Source: Thalia democratica
Taxonomy: Eukaryota
NCBI GenBank assembly: GCA_965202585.1
Contig: OZ241830.1
Location: forward strand, 76,136,001-76,200,000
Length of the DNA stretch: 64,000 nt
Direction of reading: 5' to 3'
A program made the translations under genes and the position numbers. Shown piece by piece: positions 49,973 to 64,000 of the stretch. The notes below the pieces were generated by a model. The model had not been told where the DNA came from. It saw only the letters and a program-made list of their open reading frames with translations, and made no database searches. Numbering within the stretch: position 1 is the first letter of the stretch; each line of letters starts with the position of its first letter.

Positions 49973-51839
49973 CAATTTTGTTAAAATTTGTAGGTAACAC
50001 TTGTATTTATTAACTTTATTTCTTTTGAAATTTATTTTTAAGGTATCTTTTAAATTTTTGGTGTTGTACACTAACATTTTCGCTCTGTAGATTGTTAAAA
50101 TGAAATTACCAAATTAATTTATGTAAAACTGTTATAATTTATGCTCTCACTGTCTAGAGTTTTTACAAAAGTTGCCTTAAAACGAGTTTAAATAAAATAA
50201 AGTTATTAGTTTTAAAAAACTTCATTTTATATTTCTTGTTCGGTTTACTTATTTTTTAAAAACACATTTTACTAAAATATCCGTAACTTTTGAAATATTA
50301 AGCTTTAAATATAAACAAATAACTTGTTGACCTGCTTTTTAAGTCCTCGTTTAAAGTTGAGATTTAAAGCTCATTTTTAAATGTATAATCATAATGATCT
50401 TTGTGTTAAATTCTGTAGGCAAATTTAAACTATTTGGTTTTGAACTTTTTTTCTTTAAATGTTTAGTGAAATTTCCAACTCTTGTAAAGTTATGTAAATG
50501 TTGAGAAATGATATTTCCTTTAAAAAAATATTAAATTTTAAACTTTTTTTTTTACTTTTACTTACTACTTTATTGCTCTTCTAAGCAAACAAATCGACGA
50601 ATATTGTTTTTATCTTATTTGTTAGTTTACAATAAATTATCGACAAATAAACTAAATTTCATCATGTAAAATCACATTGAGGATCTAACGATAACTGAAT
50701 TAAATCTAAACAACTCGATTTTTTGTGTCGTAAAACTAGCATAATTTATTAAATTATATTTTTTTTAATAATAATATTTATTCGACAGGAAATTTTGTTT
50801 TCATAGTTATAAACAAGTTATAATTATAAAAGCTTGTGAAAAAAAAAGTATACATAATAAATTTAAACAAAATTTTTACTTACTACCCACTTTAACACTT
50901 GGGAAAAATTCTTTAACACTTGGGAAAAATTACATAGCAATGTAAAATTTTTTGAAAAAACTAAAACAAGGTTGTATTTTCTTATACATATCTAATAAAA
51001 AAAGAAACTTAAGAGATATAAAATGATGACCTTCTAAGCATAATTAGAGAATAAAATATAGCATCGTTGATTTTTAATTTTCTTACACTCGAACAAAAAA
51101 AAAAGTTTGGATAATACTTATCAAGTTACAAAATTTGTTTTAAATCATAAAAAGTACAAGAGGGGATATTTGAGTTTCTAACCATTTTAAAGAGATACAC
51201 ATTGCAAACTTATAGTTTATTGGACGCCGTTTTAACTTTTCATCAGTCATTATTAATAAAAAAACTGTGCAATAAAACTAAAAATTAGTGTTAAACTACT
51301 AAATATATAAGAAAAATTAAGTAATAAGATAAAAATAAACAGTTATATATTAAAATTAAAAAATAGAGTAAAATTACAGGTTACATAAATGTTTATACTT
51401 ATGTATATATATATATATATATCTATAACTAATCTACAAAACTATATATATTTGTATATATAGAAAATATATAAAGTTTATTAGAAAAATACGATTTTAA
51501 AGATACTAGTACATATGTTTCATAAAACTAAATTCTTTAATCATCAGCTAGTTCAATTTAATATAAAAAAGACTTTGGTAAACAGAAATGCAAAAATTCT
51601 ACAAAAAAACAAAAAACATTACGACATAAGATTTGAATACTGTACATTACAAAAATTCGGTAAAAAAATTAAACTTCCATCTAACTAATCAAACAGCTAA
51701 AATTCACAAAAAACAACAGTTAAGTGACCATAAAACACTTTAAAATTTATTGTACTTTAAAAGGAGCTTTTTCATATGTCTACAAGACGACTGAACTCAC
51801 TCCTCTTATTTAAACAACCTTCCTATTAGAACGCATACA

Positions 51840-52760
51840 CAACGGCTGTTGATTCTTTTTAGCACAGCCTACAAACAGGGTTATTACCATCTGCTATACC
51901 TGTACTCTTTTTATCACCTCCCTTTTTAATTTAAAATCGATGTTTTTGCGTTTTAGGCTGCAAACACACTTTGAAAGCTCAGTCTCATTTTCGTATACAC
52001 CACCTTTAAAAGATTTTTATGTTAGCATAACGAAATCTGAACTGAGTTGAGCATAAGTCGATGTCGAACATCTTTCCAAGGTCAGAGTTAACTGTTGCCT
52101 TGTAAATTATGTTCTCCGAACGGCAATTGCACCCTTTTAAATCATATTTACAGCCACAAGCGCAGTTACAATGATTTTCGATTAAATTACTTTTGTTTAA
52201 AATCCTTTGATTGTGTGACTTAATTAATCTCTCCAAGTTTTTGTGCATACTAAGTTATATTGATCATACAGGACTATCTGTTTGTAATTTTTTACTATGT
52301 TATGTTTAGTTTTATAATTTTCATTGAATGTAATTTCTTTTTTATTGTGTATTGTTTAAGCGGCTCAGGCTTTAATGCCCGATTCCATCTTTGCACAATA
52401 AACTCCAATAATAACATTAATAATAATAAATTCGTCATACATGAATAACTGATTCGCATATTATATTTGTTAAGATCTTTGATAATGGGTTATTTTTGTT
52501 GAATTGTTTTTCACTAGATTTATAAATTCTCTTCCGATAATTGTTTTGACCGAACTACAGAATTGGGGGTTAAACCAAATTATATTACGCTTTCTTTTAT
52601 TTTTATTGTTCGTTTTAGTATTTCGCTCCGTTGTTTCAAAACTAAGTTTTTCATTGTAATCGCATTTTTTCATTAATAACTCGTAATTGTACTTTGTATT
52701 AAAAAAGTATTTTTTTTTCTTGATCTTTTACTAAATCGTTGATAAATTATATATTTGGTA
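51840..52760 (-). mobile_element. Penelope-like retroelement remnant (RT C-terminus and GIY-YIG region), interrupted
   Basis: KRKRNIIWFNP, ISYSCM, HNQRIL, CNC, NIIYKATV and FRFRYAN are typical Penelope-like motifs. The remnant has stops and frameshifts and is split at ~52250-52430. Confidence 0.78.
52255..52432 (+). mobile_element. LINE 3'UTR/tail fragment inserted in the Penelope remnant
   Basis: gtttaagcggctcaggctttaatgcccgattcca...tgcacaataaac followed by an AAT tail closely resembles the 3' end of the CR1 element at ~46440-46490. Confidence 0.68.
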
Positions 52761-52889
52761 TTTGTTTTATAATACTTTTTTGGTGGCTAGAACACTTATT
52801 TATATACATAATTTTTGCGTTTTGCTTTTTATAAGGCATATTGCAGAGATCATACAAACAGTCAGTTTTATTCTTGGAGTTTTATTCTT

Positions 52890-53200
52890 GGAAACAATAC
52901 ACACTAAAAAAGAAACAAACAAATTTCATTCAATGAAAATTATAAAACTAAAAATAGCATTGTTAAACAAATTACAAATAAACAATCCTGTATGATTAAA
53001 TACAACTTAGTATGCACAAAAATAAAAGAGAATTAATTTACATATATAAACTTTTGTTTTGACTATAAAAGATTACACATTAAAAAAAATTATATATAGA
53101 AATTTATAATCTGTAGGGGGAAATCGTAGCGAAGAAAATTATTCTTAGGGATATTATATTTATAAAACATTGGGTTAATTATATAAAACCAGAAACTTCT
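52890..53200 (-). mobile_element. Second LINE 3'UTR fragment
   Basis: The reverse complement of 52890-52995 matches 52262-52360. The motif gtagggggaaatcgtagcgaag at ~53113 resembles gtaggggggaggcgtagggaaac at ~46753. Confidence 0.55.
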
Positions 53201-53239
53201 TAAATGAAAAAGTATTATATATAATCTTTAATTCTTTGT

Positions 53240-53760
53240 TTCTGATTAATGTTATATATGGAATGTTGTGCTGGAGAAGAGCAATTAAAAAATGTATAAA
53301 TGATATCAATGTTCTCATAAACCGAGTTCTTAGATGCATACATCATAAGAAATTCGATAATAGTGTAAGTAAGAGAATTAAAAACCAAGAAAAAGATATT
53401 AGATGTTGAAAGTATGTATCTATATGAAATAGGTCTGTTTATGTTTAACAATAACTTTTTACCAGATAACTTTAAAAATTACTACAAAAGTGTAAAAAGT
53501 GTCCATAACTATCATACAAGGTCTTCAGAAACAAACCTTACTTGGATTCAACAGCAAATTAGGTCATAAACCATTATTCTACCAAGAAAGTAAGTTATGG
53601 ATTAAGCTACCATTAAGTTTGGAAAATATAACTCATTTTGGAAAGTTCAAGGATGAACATAAAAGTTATCTTTTAAATAGTTATTCTCAAGGTCGTTAGT
53701 AACCATTCCTACTCGTCTATTTTCTTTTGTTTAAGGAGTTAGTAGTATTTATTATTTAAT
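53240..53760 (+). mobile_element. Decayed LINE ORF2 C-terminus (L2/Crack-like)
   Basis: YGMLCW...LINRVLRCI...ILDV...GLFMF...LPDNFKNY...HNYHTR...LWIKLP matches the post-RT region of L2/Crack-type elements. It carries stops and frameshifts. Confidence 0.68.
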
Positions 53761-54904
53761 ATCTTTTTTTTTTTTGTTCGAAAGTTGGTTTGCTTGGTAA
53801 CAGTAACATTAGTTTAGTCCAGGTTTTAGCATTTTCTATCTGGTTATTGTTTAAGATTATTCTTTAAGATTACTATTTTGAATTAAGTTTAAAATACTTA
53901 CAAACTTTTATTTTCTTATGCTTACATTTTTTTTTAGCAAGCACATGTAAAAACAAAGTTATATATGTTTTTACTTTAGAGAAAACATTTAAATAGTAAG
54001 CTAAGATAACTGCTCCAAGCAATCTTAAGTTAAAAAATCTCTTTCTTTTTTTTAGTTAAGGAAATCAAAGAAAAAAATTTTAATTTTTGTGTTTGCAAAT
54101 GTTGCTACTTTCTATTATTACAGTTTTAGAATTGGACAAGTATTCAAAAAAAAGAGTATATTTTAAAATAGAAGGAAATTTGTGGTTTTCTATATCATTA
54201 TTGTTATAGGTATTGTTTTTTTTCTGATTAAAAGGATAAATTTTACATTACTTATCTTCATATTTTCATATAAAAGTTAAGTTCAGTTAAGGTTAATAGG
54301 GGTAGGTTTATTTTTATTGATGGATAGAACTTTGATTTTTTTGGATTTAAATTAAGTTTTCTTTTAATTTAATTGGTATTTAAATTTCAAAATTTTTGCT
54401 GTCTTAAAACTTAAAATAAAACTACTTTTTAAAAGTAACCAATAGCACGATAGAATTTTGAGAATATTTTGAGAACACAAACTGATATGAAAAACTTAAC
54501 AAAAAACTTTAACTTTTTCAAGCTGAAGTTTTGAATTAAATGATAGATAAGTTTATTAGACGTTGTAGCTGTTTATAAGATACACATTTTTAACAATGTT
54601 AAAATAAGTAAAATTCAGTAAGTAGTAGCACAAAGGTTCAATTTCGTAAAACCGATTATAATTTCTTTAGACTTGAACACGGTGTGTTGTTTATTTTCGA
54701 TTGTTTTAGATTCGCACTGTAATTATTAAACTAACATGTTTTACATATTTTTTGAAAAAATAATAAAAAACAAAAAAAAAAATTATTTTAAACAATTAAA
54801 CTCTTCAATTATTACGGTTTATTGCAAAATCAGAATTGAAAAGAAATTTATTTTCTTAAAAAAATAATAAATAAGAACTTCAAATTGTACACTCTATGTT
54901 TTAC

Positions 54905-55115
54905 CAATCCAAACTATCTACTGGCCCACCTTCTGCCTTCCCATACCAGTACACTACCCCTAAATGATGGGTTAAACATTTTTCTTGGCTCTCATAAAGG
55001 TTGTTTGAGGTTCCCTTGGGGACGCAAAAGTCACAAAACATCTAGCTGTCATGGTACAACGTGTCACCTTTCAAAACTACTGGCATATAACTGTCGCAGT
55101 CCGGCACTGTGTACA
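54905..55115 (-). pseudogene. Orphan Cys-containing exon with one in-frame TAG
   Basis: Bounded by tttcag and gtaaaa, and GC-richer than its flanks. It reads YTVPDCDSYMPVVLKGDTLYHDS*MFCDFCVPKGTSNNLYESQEKCL, with only weak Kunitz resemblance. Confidence 0.4.
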
Positions 55116-56895
55116 CTGAAAGTAAAAAACTTGTTAGGTAGAAAGTCTTTGTTCTGGTAAAAGCTAATGTATATGTTTGTTTAATTTAAAATTGACTTTT
55201 TTTATAATTAAAAAAGGAGAAAAGTTGCGCATTAGTTGCATGAAGATCAAGTGCAAAGCAAAAAAAAAAAAAACAACTTAAAATTTTCAGTTTATTATAA
55301 TATTCAACAGTTTATAGACAATTTATTGCTTTAGTATTATCTATTGAAACAATGAATTTATCAGTACATCAATAGTAACATTTTATATAACTAACTATAG
55401 AATTAAATTAGTTACATAGGTTTTATAGATTGTAATAATAAAAAAATATTGAAAAAATCAAAGTAACAACAAAGTCTACCTGTTTTTGCTGATGTAACAG
55501 CAATTAATCCAAAAGCAAATAACAATACAAGAAAAATTAATTCTAACTTCTTCATTCTATAATTTCTTATTCTGTTGGAAGTCAATAATTATTTTCTTTT
55601 ATATGCAAGACATTAATTAGTTACTTATTCTTAAGCTAATCCAATCCTTAAGCTAATCCAACTCACTGTTATTTAAAGTTGTTTTAAACTGTTTGTTAAA
55701 CTATGACATCGTTTATTATCTTTTGTTTAAGTACTACTTTACATCCCAGTAACTATAAGTACACAATTGAATGATTATTGATTAACTAAGAGTTATTGTA
55801 TAGTTACAAACAAAAATAACCAAATCAATATGTTGTTGACTAGATTGTAATTTGTTATATTCAGTAAATAAACAAAAATGAAATTTAAAAACTGCTATAT
55901 CCGATATAGAATTGTAGGTACGATTATAGTGTACTTTCAACCTGTAATATAATCCATTACAGATAAATAATAAAATACTCAAATTTTAGGTTTTTTTTTA
56001 GCACAAATTGCCAAATTTCAGGTTTTTCCAGCATTCCAGGTTTTTTGACAAACCGGAGAAAAGTGAGGAAAAGTAATTTCATTATTATACAGTTAATTTT
56101 CCCAATTCCATATAGAAATAGCAAAAAAAAAACTCATACAAAATTTAGATTTGTCTTAAACCCAGCTAAAGTTGAAATATTTAGGAAAAATACAGGAAAA
56201 AAAAAACGCTTCAAAAACATATTATAAACTTGGGTTTTTTTTATAAATTTTATGAATTGTGAACTCAAACTCATAAAATAAGAAGTTCATAAAAAAACCC
56301 AACTAAGGCCAAATTTTACAAATATTGACAATCTGAAAAAAAATAATTATAGCCGTTTAAACACATATTATTAAGAAGGTTAAATTGAACATCTTTTTTA
56401 TTGCACATCCTGTCAAAACTCTGTCATAGTTCAAAATTTTAAAGTGTTGAAACGATGTAAACAAAGCGAACTCTACAGCCTGGAATCAACATTGATTGAG
56501 GAAGAGCGACCTAACGTAAATACACAAATAGCATTAAATGAAAAAGAAAAATTTTTAACAATTTATTAATAAACATACCTTTACTTTAGTTTTACTTGCT
56601 AAATCTCTAAAATTTTGTATCAATTTGAATCTATTCATACGTCATAATTTAAAGTTATTTTTAAGCTGTTTACTAATATTTTTTTTTTTTTTATTTCATT
56701 TAACATTTACCACTTGAGAATGAATCTAGTATAGTTTTGAAAAGCTTTGTGAAATAAAAAAAAACAAATTGAGTAATCTGTTAATAATAAGTTGCAAATG
56801 GTGTATAAGTACTATAAAACATTTGTTTTAAAAAAGATCATTTTTTTCATTATTTATATAATTTGTTTTAGCTTTATCTTAGAAACTTTTTACAG

Positions 56896-57281
56896 CCACC
56901 AAATGTTACAGATCATACATGCCTGGCCTAGCAAAAAGCAACATCGCTTCTTTCTACTACGACTAAAATAAAGACTTGTGCTAGATCGCTTACAAGGGAA
57001 CTCCCCCAAAGAGAAACGAAAATGTGTTTTGGGATGTAGAATCTTGTAATAAGGAATGTCTTACTGATAGGCACAACTATGAAGATATTTTTCCAACTAA
57101 ACCTGTTACTGAAACTGAAGGTGGTTTGATATCTATTATTAAATGCTTAAACTAAAAAAACCTCTTTTAATATTGTTATAAATAAGTATTTCATATCTTT
57201 TTTTTTATGTTTTTCAAGGTAGTGTAGAATCTCAAAATATATAGAAAATAACTGAAACTTCTAAGGCTGAGAAAAAACGAG
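56896..57281 (+). pseudogene. Kunitz/BPTI-like exon (56896-57120) plus small exon (57219-57281), with stops
   Basis: Phase 1-1 exon reading KCYRSYMPGLAKSNIASFYYD*NKDLC*IAYKG...NENVFWDVESCNKEC. The Cys spacing and the FYYD and NxNxF motifs fit a Kunitz domain. Confidence 0.7.
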
Positions 57282-57699
57282 GTTTAAAGCTAATATGCTG
57301 AAAATAAGAACTAAAGAGTTATATTTGTTGGATAAAAGGAAGTTAAGGGCTTTTGTTATTCTTGCTACTGAAAAAAAAAATTAACACACTTTTTCTTCTG
57401 CTCAATTTTACAGTAACTCATTCGTTTTAGTTCTAGTATTTTAACTTTTTATAGTAAAATCTCTACTTTTTACTCTATTTATACACGGAAGACGGGTTTA
57501 GAAATTGAAAGTACTTTTTTAGTTTTATTAATCAAAACTTTTTAGTATGTTAAACTTAACTTTTAAGTTAGTTTATTAGCAAACAATATGTAGAGGCTTA
57601 TCATATTTATTTAACGTTAGATTTAGACCATAATTGAAATAAAGCTTAGCTGTTTACGAAAAAAGGTTAATGTATATCTGTTTATTAACTATTTTAGAG

Positions 57700-57998
57700 C
57701 AAGGGTCGACAGCTTTTTAGGAGGAACGAATAAGATTTACTTACAAAGTTCTCTGTGCTAAATTAAAAAAATTTCTTTTGTGGTACATACAAATTAAAAA
57801 AAAATCATTAAAATATACACGAGTGACTACTGTTAAATAACATGAATAAAAGTCATTATAAACACAATGTAGAAAACGGTTTACTCACAATCAAAAAATG
57901 TATGTTCACAAGCTTCTATCATAAATTACATGCTTGACTATAACTCTGCTAGTTGTGTTGGCTGAAAACACTCTGCTCGCCGCTAATGCCGACCTTTG
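57700..57998. mobile_element. Old hAT/Charlie-like MITE
   Basis: Imperfect TIRs caagggtcgacagc and gccgacctttg, with a gctcgccg subterminal motif. Confidence 0.55.
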
Positions 57999-58072
57999 CC
58001 TTAATGTTATCACGGGAGTGCTTATTTGAGCTTCGCAGTTAACTTTTTTTAACCCACATTTAAATTTTTCAG

Positions 58073-58283
58073 CCGCCAAATGTTACAGACCATACAAACC
58101 CGGTCTAGCAAAAAGCAACATCGCTTATTTCTACTACGACCAAAACAAAGACTTGTACCAAATCACTTTCGAGGGGACTGCCCCAAGTAGCAACAAAAAT
58201 GTGTTTTGGGTGTCGAACTTTGTAAGAAGAAGCGTCTTACTGATCAGCACAATTCAAAGAGTTTTTTCTCAATTGTACATTAG
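58073..58283 (+). pseudogene. Second Kunitz-like exon copy (frameshifted)
   Basis: Paralog of 56896-57120 reading KCYRPYKPGLAKSNIAYFYYDQNKDLYQITFEG...NKNVFW, followed by a 1-nt deletion. Confidence 0.68.
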
Positions 58284-60791
58284 CAATTTTTATTTTTGGA
58301 CTTGCAGCGATAGCAAGAATTATTTTAAATAATAATTTTAAATTCTAAATTTATTTTACTTGTTACAATATCATTGTACTTTTAATTTTTTTTTACTAAA
58401 ATTTTGTTAGTTAGTGATACAATTTTCCTTATTGTTTTGATGAAAATGTACATACAGTTACCCTTTTAACTTCAGATATTGATAAATAAATGATGAATGT
58501 TTTTGTTCTTGAGATATAGATTCATAAAACATGATATAAAACAAAACATATAGCATATTCAAATACACCACTTAAGTTTTCGGTTACTAATCACTTATGT
58601 GCGTAAAGTCTTAATTGCTGACTACTAGTTAGAAGGAAAAAAGTTGTGAAAGTAAGTTGTAGTCATTATGTGTTAAGCTATTATTTTTGATCGTTATGTT
58701 TTAAATAGACTCATACATTTTTATTAAAAATAATAACTAGTTTACATAAATTTAACTGCTTTCACTTTAGTATTTAGTTGATATAAGGCAATGATTAGGC
58801 AAACGTCAAAAAAATAGTCGACTAAAGGTTAAGGATTTTTATTATATGTATAATAAAGATTGATACTTAGATGTTGCAAATCTGAGGATTTATTTTCACT
58901 GTTTAGTTTCCATAAATTATAACACATTTAAGCTGTTTAAACACTGCAAGAAACCTTAACTCTGTTTGCAAACACCAAACTTGTTTTACATTCATCAACT
59001 TACAAACACCTTTTTTGAACATCACAACTAAGTCATTTGTTTTAAATGTTTATAGCTAAGTACTAGTTCTAAAAAGTATACTGTCAACTGTAGACAATGT
59101 TTTATTTTACTTGATTACTAACTTAACTAGATTTTTATATATAAAAATCTAAAAATTCTAGTTTTAGGTAAAGTTATTACTACAAACGTCCTTAAAATCA
59201 AAAAAAATACATGGTATCTATTAAACAAGATTATAAATGTTTAATCATATCTATACCTTGAAAAAACGTATGACATTTATTAAGTGAGTTTTTATAACAA
59301 AGCTTAAGAGTAACAATAAAAAAAGTAACAGACCGAAAAGTGTGAGCCATAAATACAAGAGTACAAAAATGTAAAACTGTTTTGAGTGAAAAATCGACAA
59401 AACTTGAAAACTCTAAGCAAAAAACAAACTGTTGCAAGTACAATGTACAGTAAAAAAATACCACCTGCTTTTAAGCAAGATGGTTGTGCAAAGACCAAGT
59501 ATGTTGAAATTCACAAACATGCTAAAATGTACGACGTTTACATTTGTAAGAAAAAAAGAAAACAGTTTAAAAAATAGTTTTTATTCATATATAGTTTTTA
59601 TTAAGAGTTCTTTAAATAAACTTATAATTTTATAAGAAGTTAACAAAGCTATTGAACAAAAGATAAAGGTGACATAAATAACTAAAATTTTTATTTTAAA
59701 ATTTGTAAACATTTTTTTACGTCTAAAATTCTAAAAAACAAAAATGAAAGATGATTGAGAAAAAAAACACAGAGAAAATATTTACAAATTTTACCATTTG
59801 ATAGTGGTAATAATGGAGTGAGAATTTGCAAGTTTCCTTTTAATAAATCATAAAAAAACATATATGCATATTTACATTAACAAACAGAAAATACTTACAT
59901 TTTAAAGAGTTTTATACAGTAAAATTAAATAAGAAATTTTAAGATATTTTATTTAAACGGTCTATCAAATCAATGGATTTCTTACAGTATAAAACATTAT
60001 AATAAGCAAGAACATTAAATTTTAAAACTTATAAAAGTTATTTTAAATGTTTTGTAAAATTAAACATGCACAATAGTAAGCTAAAAGTGAAAACGACGAA
60101 TAAAAAATGAAACAATCTATTTACAAAAATAGTTTTACAAAACTATTTGTATTGCAAAATATAGCTCCCCCTTAAATAATCGAACAATTGCAAGAATACC
60201 GCACTTAAATGATAACAGCAAATAGAAAAGTTAAAATGTGTCGGAATTACTTTAATCCGATAAGTGCTTTGTAACTAAAATTTAACAAAGTTAAATATTT
60301 TTACTGTGCTTTTTGTTGTATCAAAGTTATTTGTAGTTTTTATGAACTAATAATCTAGTATATTTTTCTTCAAGCAGTCTTACACGCATATATATTAAGC
60401 TTAAAGCTTATAGATTATAGATTATAGAGTTAAAGGCTTATTAAAAGTATTTATGCAAGATTAAAGTATCCTCTCACATCAAAATCGAAAAACTATGTAT
60501 AGATATATCGAGTTAAACTTTGAAACAAAGTTTACATTCAAAGCTATAAGCGTTTTTCAAAGCATATATAAAATTTGATACTAAACATGTTTTTTTTAAA
60601 GCCCCAAAAAATAAAAATATATATTTGTCTTCAAGCTTTAGTACATAAAAAAAGTTGTTTTTTGAATTTTTAAACGAAGGTAAATGAAGCTCTGTTATCA
60701 AGCTTCAACATATACAAACTCTCTTAATCGCCATAAAAAAGCTATAATAAAAACGCCAAAATGGCACGACAACTGTCCGCTTGCCCCCATT

Positions 60792-63409
<2,618 letters not shown>

Positions 63410-64000
63410 CTAAATATCAACAATAAATATTAATACTTTTAAATAAATTGCAAACAAGTATGTTGTAACTTGTAATATACCCACTTTTAAAATCTGATAG
63501 AATTGTTACTTTATTTTTTCCACAACAATCGTTGGATTACTATAATTTCGGGTCATTTTAATATTTAAAATGCTTTAATGCTCACGCACAATGAAAAAAT
63601 TTTTTGTAGGCGTTTGTGTTTACTCTAAAAACAAATTCCGAGAAAAAACTAAAAATAAAATTCAAAACAAGCTCAAGCTCATTTCATATTCATAAATAGC
63701 TCTTTTCAGATAAGCCAGACTGCGTTGGAAAGAAATAAAAAAGCGAAAAAGACAACGGGAAAATTACATTTAATATTCATAAGATGAAACCTACTATCAT
63801 ACACTTTCCCCTCTTTTTATACGCGTTTTTGTATCAAAAGAAACGGAAATAAAGCTGCCCCCTTTTCAGCTCATTGTGAAGAATAATAAATTTGTCTGCT
63901 AGAGAATTTATATATATATGTATCCTTAGCAAGGGGGTCATAAAATTTTATCGAGCTTTTTCCTCGCGTGATACGCAAATTTAAAGGACAATGCGAATAA

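Noticed and set aside
54905-57281. TAA/TAG reassignment to Gln, or stop-codon editing, suggested by in-frame stops aligning with CAA in the paralog
   Set aside because: Intact genes here terminate with TAA and use CAA/CAG normally. C-to-T decay explains the stops, and the paralog is independently frameshifted.

Overview
Very AT-rich metazoan genomic DNA with GT-AG introns. It is not prokaryotic: no operons, CRISPR arrays, rRNA or tRNA were seen. An invertebrate chordate such as a tunicate is a tentative inference only. From left to right: (1) 1-23.2 kb is a duplicated cluster of coding-intronless, highly divergent 14-3-3-like genes. It has three intact ORFs, two N-terminal remnants and one hAT-MITE-interrupted pseudogene. 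All three intact proteins have lost the canonical phosphopeptide-binding residues and two carry a long acidic loop insertion. (2) A multi-exon TMEM26-like gene (~27.9-33.7 kb, +). (3) A manually assembled 21-exon gene (35281-49972, +, 884 aa) encoding signal peptide, FG-GAP/VCBS beta-propeller, low-complexity stalk, two Link-like modules and a probable GPI signal, with a truncated CR1-type LINE in one intron. (4) Penelope-like and LINE remnants plus decayed Kunitz-like exons (52-58 kb). (5) The 3' end of a synaptotagmin-1-like gene (-), whose last exon has extreme GC3. Several MITEs, palindromes and duplicated splice-donor arrays are also present. All gene models were read by eye with no database searches, so family assignments rest on recognised motifs.
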